Shown: positions 1 through 14,520, numbered from the stretch's first letter. The stretch: 64,000 nucleotides of DNA from Felis catus (GCF_018350175.1 NC_058368.1:124250001-124314000), one strand, 5' to 3'. Program-made: numbers and translations. Notes: generated from the sequence alone by a model not told the origin.

Positions 1-873
1 TGCATGGCAGGAAGGGCTGGTTTACTTTTCTGACCAACTGAGAATTAGCTAGAATGCTTCTGTTTTTAGACCTAGTTTCTGCAAAATGTCTTAAGGAAGG
101 ATAGCATTCAGTAATAGATAAAGGTCCAGGTTATGGAGTTAAGCACATCTGCACTCAAGTGCCAGCTTGCCCTTGACCAGCTGTGCCACTCCAGAAAACA
201 AGTTAACTCCTCTGCATGCTGTTGCCTTATTTATAAAAGAAGGATAACAGCACCTTACAGGGTTGTTTTCAGGGTTACATGAATGCACGGAAAGTACATA
301 GCATGGTGCACATAATGAGTACTGAACCTGCTATTATTATTTTAAATCTTAATAAGCAGAATAGGCTGTATAACACAATTTTTCTAATTATTGAAATTTG
401 GATGAAAGTCTATTTAGGCAAGACTTATAATTGTTTAAAAAAACTCTTAGTATTTTCATGGAGATAGGCACAGAGCTCAACAAATACTTGCTTATCAGCC
501 TCACTCACTTATACATACATTTTAAAGAGAAAGGGGAGTTAATGGTTCCAGTGAGTTCACTATGAGGTAAATGAGAGACTTTTCAATCTTTAGAAAAATG
601 CCTCTATAGCATTGGTTAGTGCTATTGGTCATGTGTCAGTTTTTAGCTCTCAAACCCCAAACACCTACTCAGCCTCAAATGACTGCTTCTTTTTAATGCT
701 TGCAAGAAGATAAGAGAGTTAATCTTCTGATTTTCCTCTTTCTGAGCTTTATTCCCCAGGGCGTGAAACCAACCATAGTGTGGTCAACCATTGAGCCTGC
801 TTTAAATATCAATTGGCTAGCACAGAGATAGTTCAACACATTATTCTTCAAGGATTAAAAAGCGTGCGCACAA

Positions 874-1072
874 GGGGCACCTGGGTGGCACAGTTGGTTA
901 GGCGTCTGACTCTTGATCTCAGCTCAGGTCATAATCTCAGTTAGTGGGTTCAAGCTCTGTATCAGGCTCTGTGTTGATGGTGCGGAGCCTGTTTAGGATT
1001 CTGTCACTCCTCTCTGCCCCTTCCCTGCTTGTGTGCGCTCTCTCTCAAAATAAATAACTAAATCAAAAAAAG
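874..1072 (+). mobile_element. Can-SINE (SINEC)
   Basis: GGGGCACCTGGGTGGC head, CT-rich segment, A-tail, imperfect TSD AAAAAG..GCACAA. Confidence 0.9.
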
Positions 1073-1212
1073 AAAAAGTGTGCACAAAAACACAAAACAA
1101 AACAAAAACAGTGGGCCACTAAATGAACAAATTTGCAAAATAACCAGTACTGTGGGTTACATATAAGTGTAAGTACTTTAATAAGCATTAGCACAATTTT
1201 CTGATTCCTAGA

Positions 1213-1520
1213 TGGCACTCTGTCCAACAGAACTTTCCAAGATGATGATAATGGTCTAGGTGTGCTGTCCATTAGGGTGGCCAACAGCACATGTGGCTAC
1301 CAAGCACTTAAAATATGAGGAACTGTATTATACATTTCATTTAGTTTTCAAGTTTGTTTGTTTATTTATTAGTAATCTCAATGTGGGGCTCAAGATTACA
1401 ACCTGAGATCAAGAGTTGCATGCTCTACTGACTGATCCAGCCAAGTGCCCCAAATTTCATTTAGTTTCGATGAATTCAAACTGCTACATGTTGCTAGTGG
1501 CTCCTCTATTGCAATGCAGT
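1213..1520 (+). mobile_element. MER3-like hAT-Charlie MITE interrupted by a short antisense SINE (~1351-1451)
   Basis: CTGTCCAACAGAACTTTC...CACATGTGGCTAC...CTACATGTTGCTAGTGGCT; SINE flanked by ATTTCATTTAGTTT duplication. Confidence 0.75.
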
Positions 1521-2480
1521 GACTGACAGTAAATGACATTTGGATATTCTACCAATGTTAAAGTCATCAAAACTTCACTTCAGCTTCTCTATGAACTTCA
1601 TTGACTAAGTTATTACAAGCTTGCTTAAGTTTAAGGCATTAGAGTCTAGATCCACAACAAGAAGTTCCATTTCTCTATCTTGTACCCAAGGTGACATGGA
1701 ACATGGCATGTTTTGCCTCTGAGCTCAGAAGCAGCTTTATAATCTTTCTCACTATTAGGCTCTGGAAAGCCATTAGTCATTGAGAGAAGTTAACAATAAG
1801 CTAATACTTACTGAGGGCCTACTATGCGCTGAACAGTTTATCACAGGTCACTCAGGATTAAATCCTGATCATTCCAACCACAGATCTGCACCTTTTTCTT
1901 TGTGTCAGGAACCAAGATGTTCCTCCTCATTTTTTCCACTACTCTAAGAAACATTAAGTACTGTAGGGACTTATTCTCAGAATGAATAAAAAAGATCAGT
2001 AGGTATTTACTGAATCTGCCCCAATAAGTTTATAAGCATACAAAGGAAAAGAGATTAAGTATATATTCAACATACATTTGCACAAAATGATTAAAATCTG
2101 CTAAAAAGGTATGAAGGCGCCAAGTTTACACCTCTGAATTCAAAAAGCTGGGGGAGGGTCAGACTTGGTGAGAAAAAGCATAATTATGAATTTAAGCTGT
2201 ACTGCTTGAGGGAGAACTGCAAGACTTATACAAAGCCATCAGAAAAAAAGGAGCCACTGTGCTCTTTCATATCTTGTTCTTAAAAAACATAAGTGATCAT
2301 TCCTGGAACTCTGATAAGAAAGGTTCCAGTAGGCAGGTCAGCTGAGGTTCAGCCAGGAAGGCTATTTACTTAACATTGTGCTGCTGGGATTGAAGGGAAA
2401 GAGACACTCTTAGTTTCAAACTCAGACTAGGCTATAACCCACGGGAAAAGGATTCCCACATTTTCTAGGGAGAAGTATAT

Positions 2481-2482
<2 letters not shown>

Positions 2483-2530
<48 letters not shown>
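2483..2530. repeat. (TAA)n microsatellite
   Basis: ~16 TAA units. Confidence 0.95.
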
Positions 2531-2531
<1 letters not shown>

Positions 2532-3371
2532 CAACCCTGCATAGTTATCACTGTTTAAAAATTCATGTATAAGAACTCTTATATTCATATATGATAAATG
2601 ACATTTTCTTTACATAAAAGGTAATAACACATTTTCTAATTATCAAATAGCTAAAAAATATCTGATTTGTCAAAGCCTAAGTTAGGAAATGAATTCTCTG
2701 GGGCTAACAGGTACCTATTTGAGGCTCTTACATGTACAGGTTTCATTTCATTGCAACAAATAGTCATCAAGTGAGTGCCAGGCACGGTGCCAGATGTACA
2801 CACTGGGGGAAGAAAGAGACACAGTCCTTATAGTCATTGTGCTTAGAGTCTAGTGGGGAACCACACCTAAAAAATAAATACTATAATAAATACCTAATTA
2901 ATGTCTTAAAGGAAAACAACAGCATGTTATAGGAGACAAAAATGAGAAGAATCTAATTTGGGTTTAACATCCAGGGAAGTATAGATTCTGGCTGCTCTTT
3001 CATTTCCAGTTAGACAGACCCCATTCAACTGTCTACCAGGGATTTCTCTAAATAAAATAAAATAAGTATTATTTCAGGCTTTTGTGGTCAGAAGGATTAT
3101 TAAACTTCCACGCTTGACATGTGAGTCAAAAACTTTTTTTTACTCCCGAACCACATAAAAATAACAACATAACCCACATGTCATTCCCTTCAGATCTAGA
3201 TAAGGTTCCTAAAATCTCCCTCATTCCATGCTCTGCAGAAGTCAAAGCCCATTCCAATACTTCTGTAAATTCCTAAGGAGTTTATGGTCGCATGGTCATC
3301 TCTGGCCTTGAACTCCTGTTTTGCAAACAGGTTTAGATTATGGAATATGTTGCTTCCTGCAAATGTGGTTT

Positions 3372-4085
<714 letters not shown>

Positions 4086-4194
4086 TGAAAGTTGTTGTCC
4101 TTTATGATTGCCACAGAATTCCCACTCTCACAGCACATTTGTATGTATAGTAGACATTTTTGAAAGTCTGAGAAGGGAGTGGGGGAAGAAGTTT

Positions 4195-4610
4195 GCATTG
4201 GTCAGGATAAATCAACTGCTATAACAAACAAGCCTCTCCTGTAATAACTTAACAAAAGTAAAAGGATATTTTCTTACTCATATCATAGTCCAATGGAAGT
4301 AGCAAGGGGCTTGATCCATACAGTCCTTCATAGACAGAGGCTTCTTTCATCTAGTGGCTCCATCATCTGCTGGGGTCATGGAGTCCTTCACCTGACCCTA
4401 TGCAGCCAGCCTGCAGGAGAGGGAAGAGTGTGGGAGTTGGATAAGCCAGGCCTGGAGGTGGTGGTGTCATTCCTGCCAACTTTCCATTGGTAAGAACCAG
4501 TCACATATGAATGTACCTAACTGCAAGGGAGGCTGGGAAACATAGTTTAGTTGTGACCCCAGGAGGCAAAGAAGATGGGTTTTGTAGAACACCTAATCTG
4601 TCTCTGTCAT
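4195..4610. mobile_element. MaLR (MLT1-like) LTR relic
   Basis: TCCATTGGTAAGAACCAGTCACAT...ACCTAACTGCAAGGGAGGCTGGGAAACATAGT motif typical of MLT1. Confidence 0.65.
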
Positions 4611-4899
4611 AGGATCTAAACCACAGCAACACCAACAACTTCAACTTTAATGTTACATCTCCTAATTTTAGGAACCCTTTGGCCTTCTCACTACTGGGGA
4701 TTTTTAACATAATGTCCAGGCTCACAACGACCCTTTCTTCTCTCTCACTTTACTCCTTCCATCCTTTTTCCTCTTTCTGTAACCCAACACTCTGGTTATT
4801 TTTTCTAAAAAGGGTTTTTAACTCTCTCTCATTGTCTTGTATCCCACAGATTCCTAAGGCTCTCACTGTCCATCAATAGTCCTATCAGAGAACAAAGAT

Positions 4900-5423
4900 A
4901 GTCTTTCACTAGGGAATTCTTCACACGCCATCAAATTTGAGGCTGTCTGAGATACCGTATGACATATGTCTGTGCTTCTCAAACTGACGTAAATGTATTC
5001 CGAAGAATATGAAGTCTCAAGATAAAAATAATATGTTTCTGGCTCAGAACAATTCCCACAGGAGACATGTCTGTGCTCTCCATCTTCTTTTGGGAGAAGA
5101 GTTCCTTTATGCCCCATTGCTCCAATATGTCGTCTAAATCTTCCAAATACAATTGGTGTGTATGTGTGCGTGAATGTTACCTTCTTTCTTTCCTCTTTTC
5201 TGGTCAAACTGAACTGTGGGTCCCCAAATTCTGCCATGTCCTTCACTTGCAGAGAAAAGCAGAAGCAAAAGGCAGAGAGGAAAAGTGTACGAGGGGTCTC
5301 AGGCCCTTGAGTCACTCTTTCCCTCATCCATCCTGGTTATATGAGCCAATAGATGCCTTTCTCTCTCTGACCTAGTTCACTTATGGTCTGTCACTTACAC
5401 ACAAAAGAATTCTGACTTATATA
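4900..5423 (+). mobile_element. MaLR (MLT1-like) LTR relic
   Basis: 3' end ATGAGCCAATA...CTGTCACTTACACACAAAAGAATTCTGACTTATATA resembles MLT1 termini; 5' boundary uncertain. Confidence 0.5.
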
Positions 5424-6702
5424 GCATACATGGCAATTTTCCTGAAGAATCATTGTTTATCAAATTTGCGCAACTCCCAACATCATTTTAAAATCATACA
5501 CATGCCCACACACATAAATTGAACAGAACACCTGCCTGTAGCTAGGTCCCCAGATCTGTACATACTCCTCCCTACTTAAAGGAGCTTAGGTGGCAAAGAT
5601 AAAGAAACACTCCCTATTTTTACTTAGAGGAAGGATCGAAGTCCTTCTCCATGGAGGAACTTCCCCCTGCTGGGGACCCGTGAAATAATGAGTTTTTTAT
5701 GCACCTCCTAGCTGGATGTTCTTTTGGGATTTGGGGCAATAGAAGCAGGGATGTGCAATAGAGTAGCAACATCTGAAAAGTCTGCTAAGCCATCTGGCAT
5801 CAGGAGAATTTGTCCAGCTTGCTTCCTGGAGGTTGTGATAAAATTTATAAATAATTTATAACACAAGGATTTCAAGAGAGGCTTATAGGAAAGAAAACAC
5901 AGTGCTATCTCAAGCTGTTGGAAGCAAGCTGCTAGTCCTCAGCTACCTCCCCCACTACAAAAAAGGGCCAGTTTTGAGTGGAAAGGAAACACTTGTAGCT
6001 CCATTTCCTCCCTCTCGGGCACAAGCAGCTCTAAAAAAAGAAGCAATGTGAACAGAACGCCTCAGAGAGAGCTGTAGCGATGCTTTGCAAAATGACGAGG
6101 AAGAAATAGTGTTAGAAGTAGTTTGAGATTAGGGCAAGCAAAGAAAAGTGCAACCTAGAAAATAAACTCTACAGGGACAGAAACATCAGATATGATCTAC
6201 CTCACTACATGTTTTGTTTTGTGGTGTTTTTCCCGCCTTTGTCTCACGGTTGAAATTAGCATTATCTTCAAATCTAACCAATACCTACTTCTTCTGGCTT
6301 CTTCTTATACCTGGGAGTTTCTATTTGTATTTTACCCACCTTGAGTAGATGATCAGCCACAGCAGGATATAGCTTTTTTTTTTTTTTTTTTAAGTGCGAT
6401 TGAGCTCAAGGCTAGCCCCGCAACTAATCGGTCTGGTTTCCAACAGAAACATCTCCCTGTGATTTTCATTTGTTTTCCGTAGTTTTTCACAATAAAGGGA
6501 TCCAGACTCTGTGAGGAGCCGACTGTCAAGTATGTCATTCATTCACTTTGGATCTTGTTTTCCTTTATGTACAACAGGTACCAAATTTTAGGAAAATAAC
6601 CAAAATGACCTATCCTGGAGTTGGTTAGGATCAATGGATTTATCATAACAAAACTTGTTTTTGATTTCTGATTTGGGGTTGATTTTAAAAATAATTTGTT
6701 AA

Positions 6703-6912
6703 GGGGCACCTGGGTGGCTTGGTAGGTTAAGCGTCCGACTTCGGCTCAGGTCATGATCTCACGGTCCGTGAGTTCGAGCCCCGTGTCGGGCTCTGTGCTG
6801 ACAGCTCAGAGCCTGGAGCCTGTTTCAGATTCTGTGTCTCCCTCTCTCTCTGACCCTCCCCTGTTCATGCTCTGTCTCTGTCTCAAAAATAAATAAACGT
6901 TAAAAAAAACAC
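6703..6912 (+). mobile_element. SINEC_Fc-type SINE
   Basis: Near-consensus felid SINE; TSD AATAATTTGTTAA. Confidence 0.95.
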
Positions 6913-7399
6913 AATAATTTGTTAAATGTGACGTTGTGTCAAACATGATGTTTCAGCTGTTAAACATGACGTTTTTGGGAAATCCATAGGTTGTATTCTA
7001 ATCCCCATTACTAGAAATGATTTCCATATTATTCTGATTACAATTAATCTAAGAGACGAAGTATAACTCATATTTTTAAAGAAAGTCCTAAAGTCGCCAC
7101 ATTTGAAGTGGTGGTTTTAGTCTGACAAACCCTGAACACCACTACCACACGGCCCATGTCCTGGGATCTGTCACATGTTCCAGGGCACAGTGGGTTCCTC
7201 CTGTACTTCTAGTCTGCAGAAACGTCCATACGCTGTGACGAAAACCAGGGAAATAGTAATGGTAAGTTGGCTAGTCCCAGGTGTCCAAAGTGCAACTCAA
7301 ATGGGTTATAGAGTAACTAGGTTGTCCAGCATTATCTATGTACTGGTCTCTCAAACAGGCCACACATCATAAACACCCAAGGGGGTTTAAAATGTTTCC

Positions 7400-7870
7400 C
7401 AATTTATTTTTAAATTTAAGTAGATTAAAATTCACTTTTAGGTGTCAAGTTCTATGTACTTGGACAGATGCCTGTTACCAACATCACAGGCAAGATGCAA
7501 ACCTGTTTCCTCATCCCTCCCCAAATCCCTTGTGCGACCTCTTTTTACCCCCAACCTGCCCCCACCCTTAAACTCGAAAAATCACTAATCTGCATTTTCC
7601 ATAATGTAATATAAATGGAATAACGTATGGAAAGTGGATTCCTTCACTTTGTGTAACGGACTAAAGACTCATCCTTGTTTTTGTATCAAAAATTTATTCC
7701 TGTTAGTTGAGTACTATTCCATTATAGGGATATACCACAGTTGGTGTTTATATGTATAATTGAGAGATATTAAGTTATTCCTAAGTCTGGATGATGACGA
7801 ATAAAGTTGCTATAATCATTCATATATATCTCTGGTGGACATACATTTTCATTTCTTTGGGGACAAGAAT
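7400..7870 (-). mobile_element. Old L1 (L1M) fragment
   Basis: AGTACTATTCCATTATAGGGATATACCACAG...TGGACATACATTTTCATTTCTTTGGG typical antisense L1. Confidence 0.65.
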
Positions 7871-7964
7871 AGCAAGGAAAGGGATACTTGGAAACTTGTG
7901 GAAAACTTTTGTATGTTCACTGAATTACAATATCTCCGGTGTAGGACCTTGGAATATGTACTTT

Positions 7965-8366
7965 GTTATTATTTTTTTTAAGTGTATTTATTTTTGAGAG
8001 ACAGGGAAACACAGCGTGAGCGGGGGAGGCACAGAGAGGAAGATACAGAATCTGAAGCAGGCTCAAGGTGCTGAGCTGTCAGTATAGAGCCTAATGCGGG
8101 GCTCAAAGCCATGAAATGTGAGACCATGACCTGAAGCAAAGTCGGACACTTAACATACGGAGCTACCCAGGCACTACTTTTAAAAAATGGTTATTTATTT
8201 ATTTTGAGGAGTGGGGGGAGGGGCAGAGAGAAGGAGACAGAGTATTCCAATAGATGTCGGCACAGAGCCTGATACAGGTGGGGCTCAATCTCATGAACTG
8301 CGAAATCATGACCTGAGTCAACATCAAGAGTCGGATGCTTAACTGACTGAGCCACCCAGGTGCCCC
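7965..8366 (-). mobile_element. Two head-to-tail Can-SINEs sharing one TSD
   Basis: SINE bodies ~7965-8175 and ~8176-8366; GAATATGTACTTT at 7952-7964 and 8368-8380. Confidence 0.85.
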
Positions 8367-10227
8367 AGAATATGTACTTTTAAAATGCTCCCCAAGTATG
8401 ACTTCTTAATGGGTACAGAGTATCCTTTTAGAGTAATTAAAACGTCTTAGTATGGATACACAACACTGTGAATGTATGAAATGCCATTGAATTGTACACT
8501 TTAAAATTATTAATGGTTTACCTCAACTTAAAAAAAAAATGTTCCCCAGGTGATTCTGATGTTTGGAAATCCAGATCTTGGGAGGTTGTATCTAGGTGGG
8601 TTTCATGTTCATGATGTCTGTACTTGTTGGAGGCTGGTCTCAGGATAATGGACTTGGTCTTGGGACCTATCTTCAACTCATGAATCTGTAACAAACTGAA
8701 TTTTCTTTAGAAAGTTTTGGAAGTCTTAACAATTCTTGGTGGTTAAAAGGTAAACCTGTAGTTTAAGCACCCTCTTGGAGGTTGCTTCTGGCTTGAGCAA
8801 ACCCAGAATTCTAGGTCATCACAATTCTGCTCTGGTCTAACCCGAGCTCTAAGGAATCAGCATTAAGCCTGCGTCCGGCTTCTGGAATAGAGCATCGTGG
8901 CTGAGATTCTTCTTACGTAGGATTACCAAGGACATGCCAGCCCTAGAGTCTGTGGAGACATTTTACATAACCATTTTGGATGCTTGGGATTGGCTGGCTA
9001 TCAGTTCCCATTACTCTGGGGTTTTTACTTTTCACCAGTAGAGAGACACCTGTTTACTGCAACATTTGAATAGATCACACATTACTTTGGCACAAGATAT
9101 GCCATACATGACTATATTCATAACCCTGACTGTACCTGAGTATGACTAGCAGTGCAGATGTGAGCCAAACCAGCCAGACAGGGTTGTGAGATTTAAAAAA
9201 GCATAGGACAATGCACTGAGTGACCTTAGTTCTGGAATTACTGTTCTCTGTAAAGATTAAAGCAGAGGCACAGAGAGAAGTCTCTTCTGGGTCTGTCCAG
9301 TAACCCATCCCTTACTCAAATCTTGCTTTAGACTGTTTCCCTAGATATCCCTATATCCTTATGCTTCCTGCTTTTGTCTTTCCTGTATAACTTGTATTTC
9401 TAGCTACCTTTGAAACCAGAAGATCCTACATGAACACCTTCTTGTGGGATTTGTGTTCCTGGCTGCTTTGTGAATGAGGGAACAAGCCAACAAAAGAAGA
9501 TAGCTGCGAACTGGAGCTCAGAGTCAAGCTCAGTCGCTGATGGTTTCCCTAAGCTACCACTGCAGTGGGCTATGGGAAGTCCCTCTGAAAGGCAGGCATC
9601 ATCCCAAGCTCCAGGCATCTCAAGGAACAACTGAGTCTTATTATCTGAAAGAGACACACTTTGGCCTTCTTATTACTTGCTCCAGAGGACCCTGTCCTAG
9701 TATTCCAGGGGAGTCTTTTCTCTACCTTCTCCTTTCTCCCTGGAATGGAAGCCTCTTTAGATAGATTGGTATGAGTATTATAGAATTTTTGACACTTGTC
9801 TTCTCCACTTGCCTGGCCATTGTTGCCTTTTACTCATTAGGTTTCACGAACTGAAACATGAAGAGGAGAAAGGCAGACACGACTGCATTCAAAATAAAGC
9901 AGAGGCAGAAGGCCCAGAGGAAAGGTATTTTGTAAGATGTGGGGGAGGGGTAAGGAGACGTGTGAGATCACATGCAGGTTACATGTTAGACCTAAACCAG
10001 TGAAGAAGGGATCAATGACTAAACTTCCTGTCCTCCTAGATTGCATGTGACAATGAACAAAAAGGAATTTATAGCCCTCTGCATACACCTTGCCTTTCCC
10101 GCCGGCTCAGGAGTAATTCCTACAGACTTACAACCTTGACAGACAACCAGGCAAACTTACAGGTAAGGTAACTTGTTTGCCTGCCTCTTTATCTTCCTTT
10201 CTGGATGTCCTCCCTCAGAACTTGTCC

Positions 10228-10420
10228 TTTTTTTTTTTTTTTTTTAATGTTTATTTTTTTTTGAGGGCGGGGAAGGGACAGATAGAGAGGGAGACAGAGG
10301 ATCTGAAGCAGGCTCTGCACAGAGAGCAGAGAGCCTGATGCAGGACTTGAACTCACAAACTGTGAGATCATGACCTGAACCAAAGTCAGATGCTTTAATG
10401 ACTGAGCCACCAGGTGCCCC
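10228..10420 (-). mobile_element. Can-SINE
   Basis: T-tail then antisense SINE body ending CAGGTGCCCC. Confidence 0.9.
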
Positions 10421-11099
10421 AGAACTTGGTGTCTTTATAGACTCCCAGGGTGGAGAGTTTTGTGGCTGTCTACCTCAGCAAGACTTTATGTACTTGACCT
10501 TTTTTGACTACTCCTCTGTCCCTAATCTTACTTTTCTTGTATCCTATCTTCCCTTTAGAACTAGTGTGAAATTGGGTGTAAAGTATGGTGAATGGCAGAA
10601 TCTTAACATGTTCACTCTCTCTCTATCCTTGCTATCACCTGAAGTGTGAGGAAACATGGTAGAGTGGTTGTCAGAGATGTATTTTTGGATGGGAGAACAT
10701 AATGCATAATACATAGGAAATTGACTTGAGTGTACTGACTTGCATATACGAAAGGTCAAAATTCCAGAGCAATGTATGGAAGCAGATAGTTAACATGCTT
10801 ATCCATCCATTGAAAATAATTATGTAGCCCTCCTATGCACATACTATTGTTCTATATGATTACTATATTATATGCCGGGGAGGAGAGGGGGAAGAGACAA
10901 AGATAAGAAAGATAAATGACTGCCTTAAGGCAGTTATTGTCTGGGATTTATCATGTGAGAGAGAATTTTGAAAATCTTGGCATATACAATGATGATCCCT
11001 AAGGAAAACAATACAAGTGCTTCACCAGCTGTAAGGGAGACCAAGAAAGTAAATAATGACATCTTGGCAAATTGTACCTCAAGGCACATTTCCCACAAG

Positions 11100-11775
11100 G
11101 TTGTGGTTATCTGGGTCCACACACCCCTTAGTTGTAAGAGTGGCGAGCAGGCCATGTTGTGTCATTAGTAAAAGCTTTTTTTGTGGGAACAGTGGTGTAC
11201 TTGTGGACAGAAGTTCATGCTGAGTTCTATTTATAGCTTCTGATGACTCATTAATATGTTACCTTAGCAAAGGCTAGCTCCAGAGCCAGGCTTCTTGAGT
11301 CAAAAATATTCTCACTGGAATATTCTGACGACATAAAAAACAAATTGTCTGTAAAACACCCGAAGCAATTTGCATGTCAGCTTTTTAATTGGTATAATAT
11401 TAGCCACACTTGGACTCACTACTGCAAAACTACAGCTGTCAAAGGTACCTGCATCTCCCAGTGTTTACCAACATGTAGATTTTGTGTTAAGGAAAAAAAA
11501 AAAAAAGAATTCACTGGTAGTCTTCTGAGGAGTTAAACCAGTAGTTGATCTGGAAAATATGTCAACCAACCTTCAAAAGTATTTCCGTTCCCGGAAGTCT
11601 TCACACCCTTTGTGACTATGCCCTTTGTGACATTTCCACACATGTGACCTTCACAACTCACCACTTTGATTCCAACAGACAAGTCGTGGTCAGGGCTTTA
11701 TAGAGACGTTAAGGTAGGCTTTGAAGCTGCTGTACTTCATCAATTCAGTTTGAAAAACAATCTCTGTGGTTTAGT
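11100..11775. promoter_or_regulatory. Candidate enhancer (STAT/ETS/AP-1/Oct/RUNX/TCF/E-box motif cluster)
   Basis: TTCCCGGAA 11588-11596 overlapping CCGGAAGT; TGACTCA 11244; TGAGTCA 11296; ATTTGCAT 11368; CATGTGAC 11641; CTTTGAT 11664; TGTGGTT 11102 and 11765; motif evidence only. Confidence 0.45.
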
Positions 11776-11914
11776 ATGTTAAATCCCCCTTTGCTTTCAT
11801 AGGAGCTGGCTGAAGGTTGTTGCTAGGAAGGCTTGCAGGGGGAGACCAGGCACTCTCACGGAAATGAATTCAAAGGAGTTACTTATATTCTGTGCATTGA
11901 TTGATTGATTTCAA

Positions 11915-12110
11915 ATAATTATTTAAATTATACTTAACATATATGGTAAAACTGATTTCAGGTGTAGAAGTGAGTGATTTATCACCTACATAAAACACCC
12001 AGGGCTCATCACAACAAGTGTCCTTCTTAACGCCCATCACTTATTTAGCTCATCTCCCACCTCCCTCCCTCCAGGAACCCTCAGTTTGTCTCTAAGAGTC
12101 TCTTATGTTT
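11915..12110 (-). mobile_element. L1 3'UTR fragment
   Basis: AACACCCAGGGCTCATCACAACAAGTGTCCTTCTTAACGCCCATCAC resembles 3470-3580. Confidence 0.75.
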
Positions 12111-12184
12111 TGTTTTTCTATGCATTTTAGCATAACCTCATAATTAGCTATCACTTTATGCTTTGTTAAAACTACAGCACATAA

Positions 12185-12372
12185 TGAAGACTACCAATGC
12201 CAAGTGCTAGCAAGGACTTGAAGAAACTGGGACTTTCATACACTGCTGTATAGTATTGGTACAGCTACTATGGAAAACAACTGGGCAGTTTCTTATAAAG
12301 TTAAACATACACTTAACATATAAAGTAACAATCTCACTCCTACGTATTTACCCAAGAGAAATGATAACATAT
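12185..12372 (+). mobile_element. L1M ORF2/3' fragment
   Basis: VQLLWKTTGQFLIKLNIHLTY..ISLLRIYPREMITY. Confidence 0.75.
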
Positions 12373-13599
12373 AACCCTGGCAGGGAGTGGTGTATGTGGT
12401 GGAAACAGAGCTTTCCGACAGAGGAAGTGGCACCTTTGAGAACATGACAAGTTGGAGGAACTAAGGACGTGCCGGATGGAGGGCTAGGGCAGGTGACAGT
12501 AGTGAAGCCAGAGACATAGTCAGTGTGGGGCTTTGTGGGCTGTGGTAGGCAGTTTGGTCTTTATTCTGAGATTGATAAAGACTATTAAAACGTTTTGTGC
12601 AGGAGGGAGACATAATCAGGACTTTCAAAAAGATGAGTCTGGCTGCAGTGTGGAGAAGAGACTGGAGGCAGGCATGTATGACTGTGGGGAGCCAGAGAGG
12701 ATTCTCGATGGGCCATGGGCTGGCTTGTGGCCTTGGTGATGTTCTCGTTTATCCCCAAACACCCTTGAGATAGTTTGCACTTATGCCTTTTATAACATAA
12801 TATTTCTAATGGAAACAAAAATGATGAGTTGTTCCTCTTAAAATTTGTTATTATAAAAATGCTCATTAAAAAGAATTCATGTCAACATTAAGGTAGATGA
12901 CATAAGAAAAAGTATTCAGTCATCTCCTTATTTCAAGACTACAATGTTATCATTTTGAAAACCTTTACACAAGACTGTGCTCAATTTTAAAAAGCAACTG
13001 AGAACTCTCCTTGGAATGCAGTGATATCAGGACTTTCTAACAATCAGAGCTTTTACACAATAGGAGAGGCTGCCTCTGGAGGCCATGGGAGGCCAAAATG
13101 CTGTCTGTTTAAGGGTGTGGAGGAAGAAATCCCAGAAGGGGAGGAAAATTGGTAGTGACTTGGCAAAGATGCCCATCCCAAAATTTTCTGCCACAATGCA
13201 ACAAACAGAATAAATACATTAAGAGCAAAGCTTTCCAGGGGGCATTTAAAACCCTGGGGTGTTGGCTTCTTAAAGTTAAATGTGGAACTGCAGCTACTTT
13301 TTTGGTAATCCTTTGATATTTGGAATAAGATGGAACTGTGTGCATACATACATTCATATACATAGCAATACATATGGCTGATGTATTTTGAGTTCCTGAG
13401 CTCTCAAAGCAGTGGATTAGGAGCAAGATGAGGAGTTACATGGTCTTTTTGAATTTAAAGAAACAGTTAGAGTAACTCCAATTTCTATTCTGTAGCACAG
13501 ACTGGCAGGCAACTGCTTTTGAGCCAAATACTGCTTGTTTTTCTATGACCCATGAGCTAAGGATGGGTCTAATTGACCCATTTTGTCTGACTGACTCAA

Positions 13600-13898
13600 C
13601 TTTTATTTACTTTTATTATTTTTTAATTTTGTAAATGTTTTTTTTTAATTTTTAATTTCTCATTTTAGACAGAGAGATGAAAAAGGGCAGAGGGAAAGAG
13701 GGGAGAGAGAGAGAGGGAAAGAGAGAGAATCTTAAGCAGGCTCTGCACTCAGCATGGAGCCTGACATGGGGCTTGATCTGATGTTCTGGGACTCAATCCT
13801 ATGACCTTGGGCTTGACCCTGAGCAATGGATCATGTCTTGAGCCAAAATCAACAGTTTGATATTCAACCAACCAAGCCAGAGCCACCCAGGGACCCCC
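13600..13898 (-). mobile_element. Can-SINE
   Basis: Antisense SINE flanked by TGACTCAACTTTTA duplication. Confidence 0.85.
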
Positions 13899-13959
13899 AA
13901 TTGACTCAACTTTTAAATCTGAGTTAACTGTAGAGTCACATGCAGTTAGAAGAATACAG

Positions 13960-14460
13960 AAAAAAGTTAATAAACTGGTTTTATTAATATTAAAAACTTT
14001 TGTGCATCAAAGGACTATAAAGAGAGTGAAAAGGCAACTCACAGAAATGGAGAAAATATTTGCAAATCATATACTTGATAAGTTATTAACATCCAAAAAA
14101 TATATTTTTAACCAACAACAAAACTCCTCAAACAATCCTATTAAAAAATGGGCAAAGGATTTGAATGGACATTTCTCCAGAGAAGATATAAAGTTGGCCA
14201 ATAAGTACTTGAAAAGATGCCCAACATCCATAATAATTAGGGAAATACAAATCTAATCCACAGCAAGAGACCCTGTTACACTCATTTGGATGGCTACTGA
14301 GGAAAAAAATCAGAATATAACAAGTGTTTCCAAGGATATGAAGAAATTTAAACTCTTGTGCACTACTGGTGGGAATGTAGAATAGTGTAGCTGCTATGGA
14401 AAACCTTATGGTGGCTTTTTTTAAAGTTTATTTATTTAAGACCAATAGAAGAGAGCTGAG

Positions 14461-14520
<60 letters not shown>

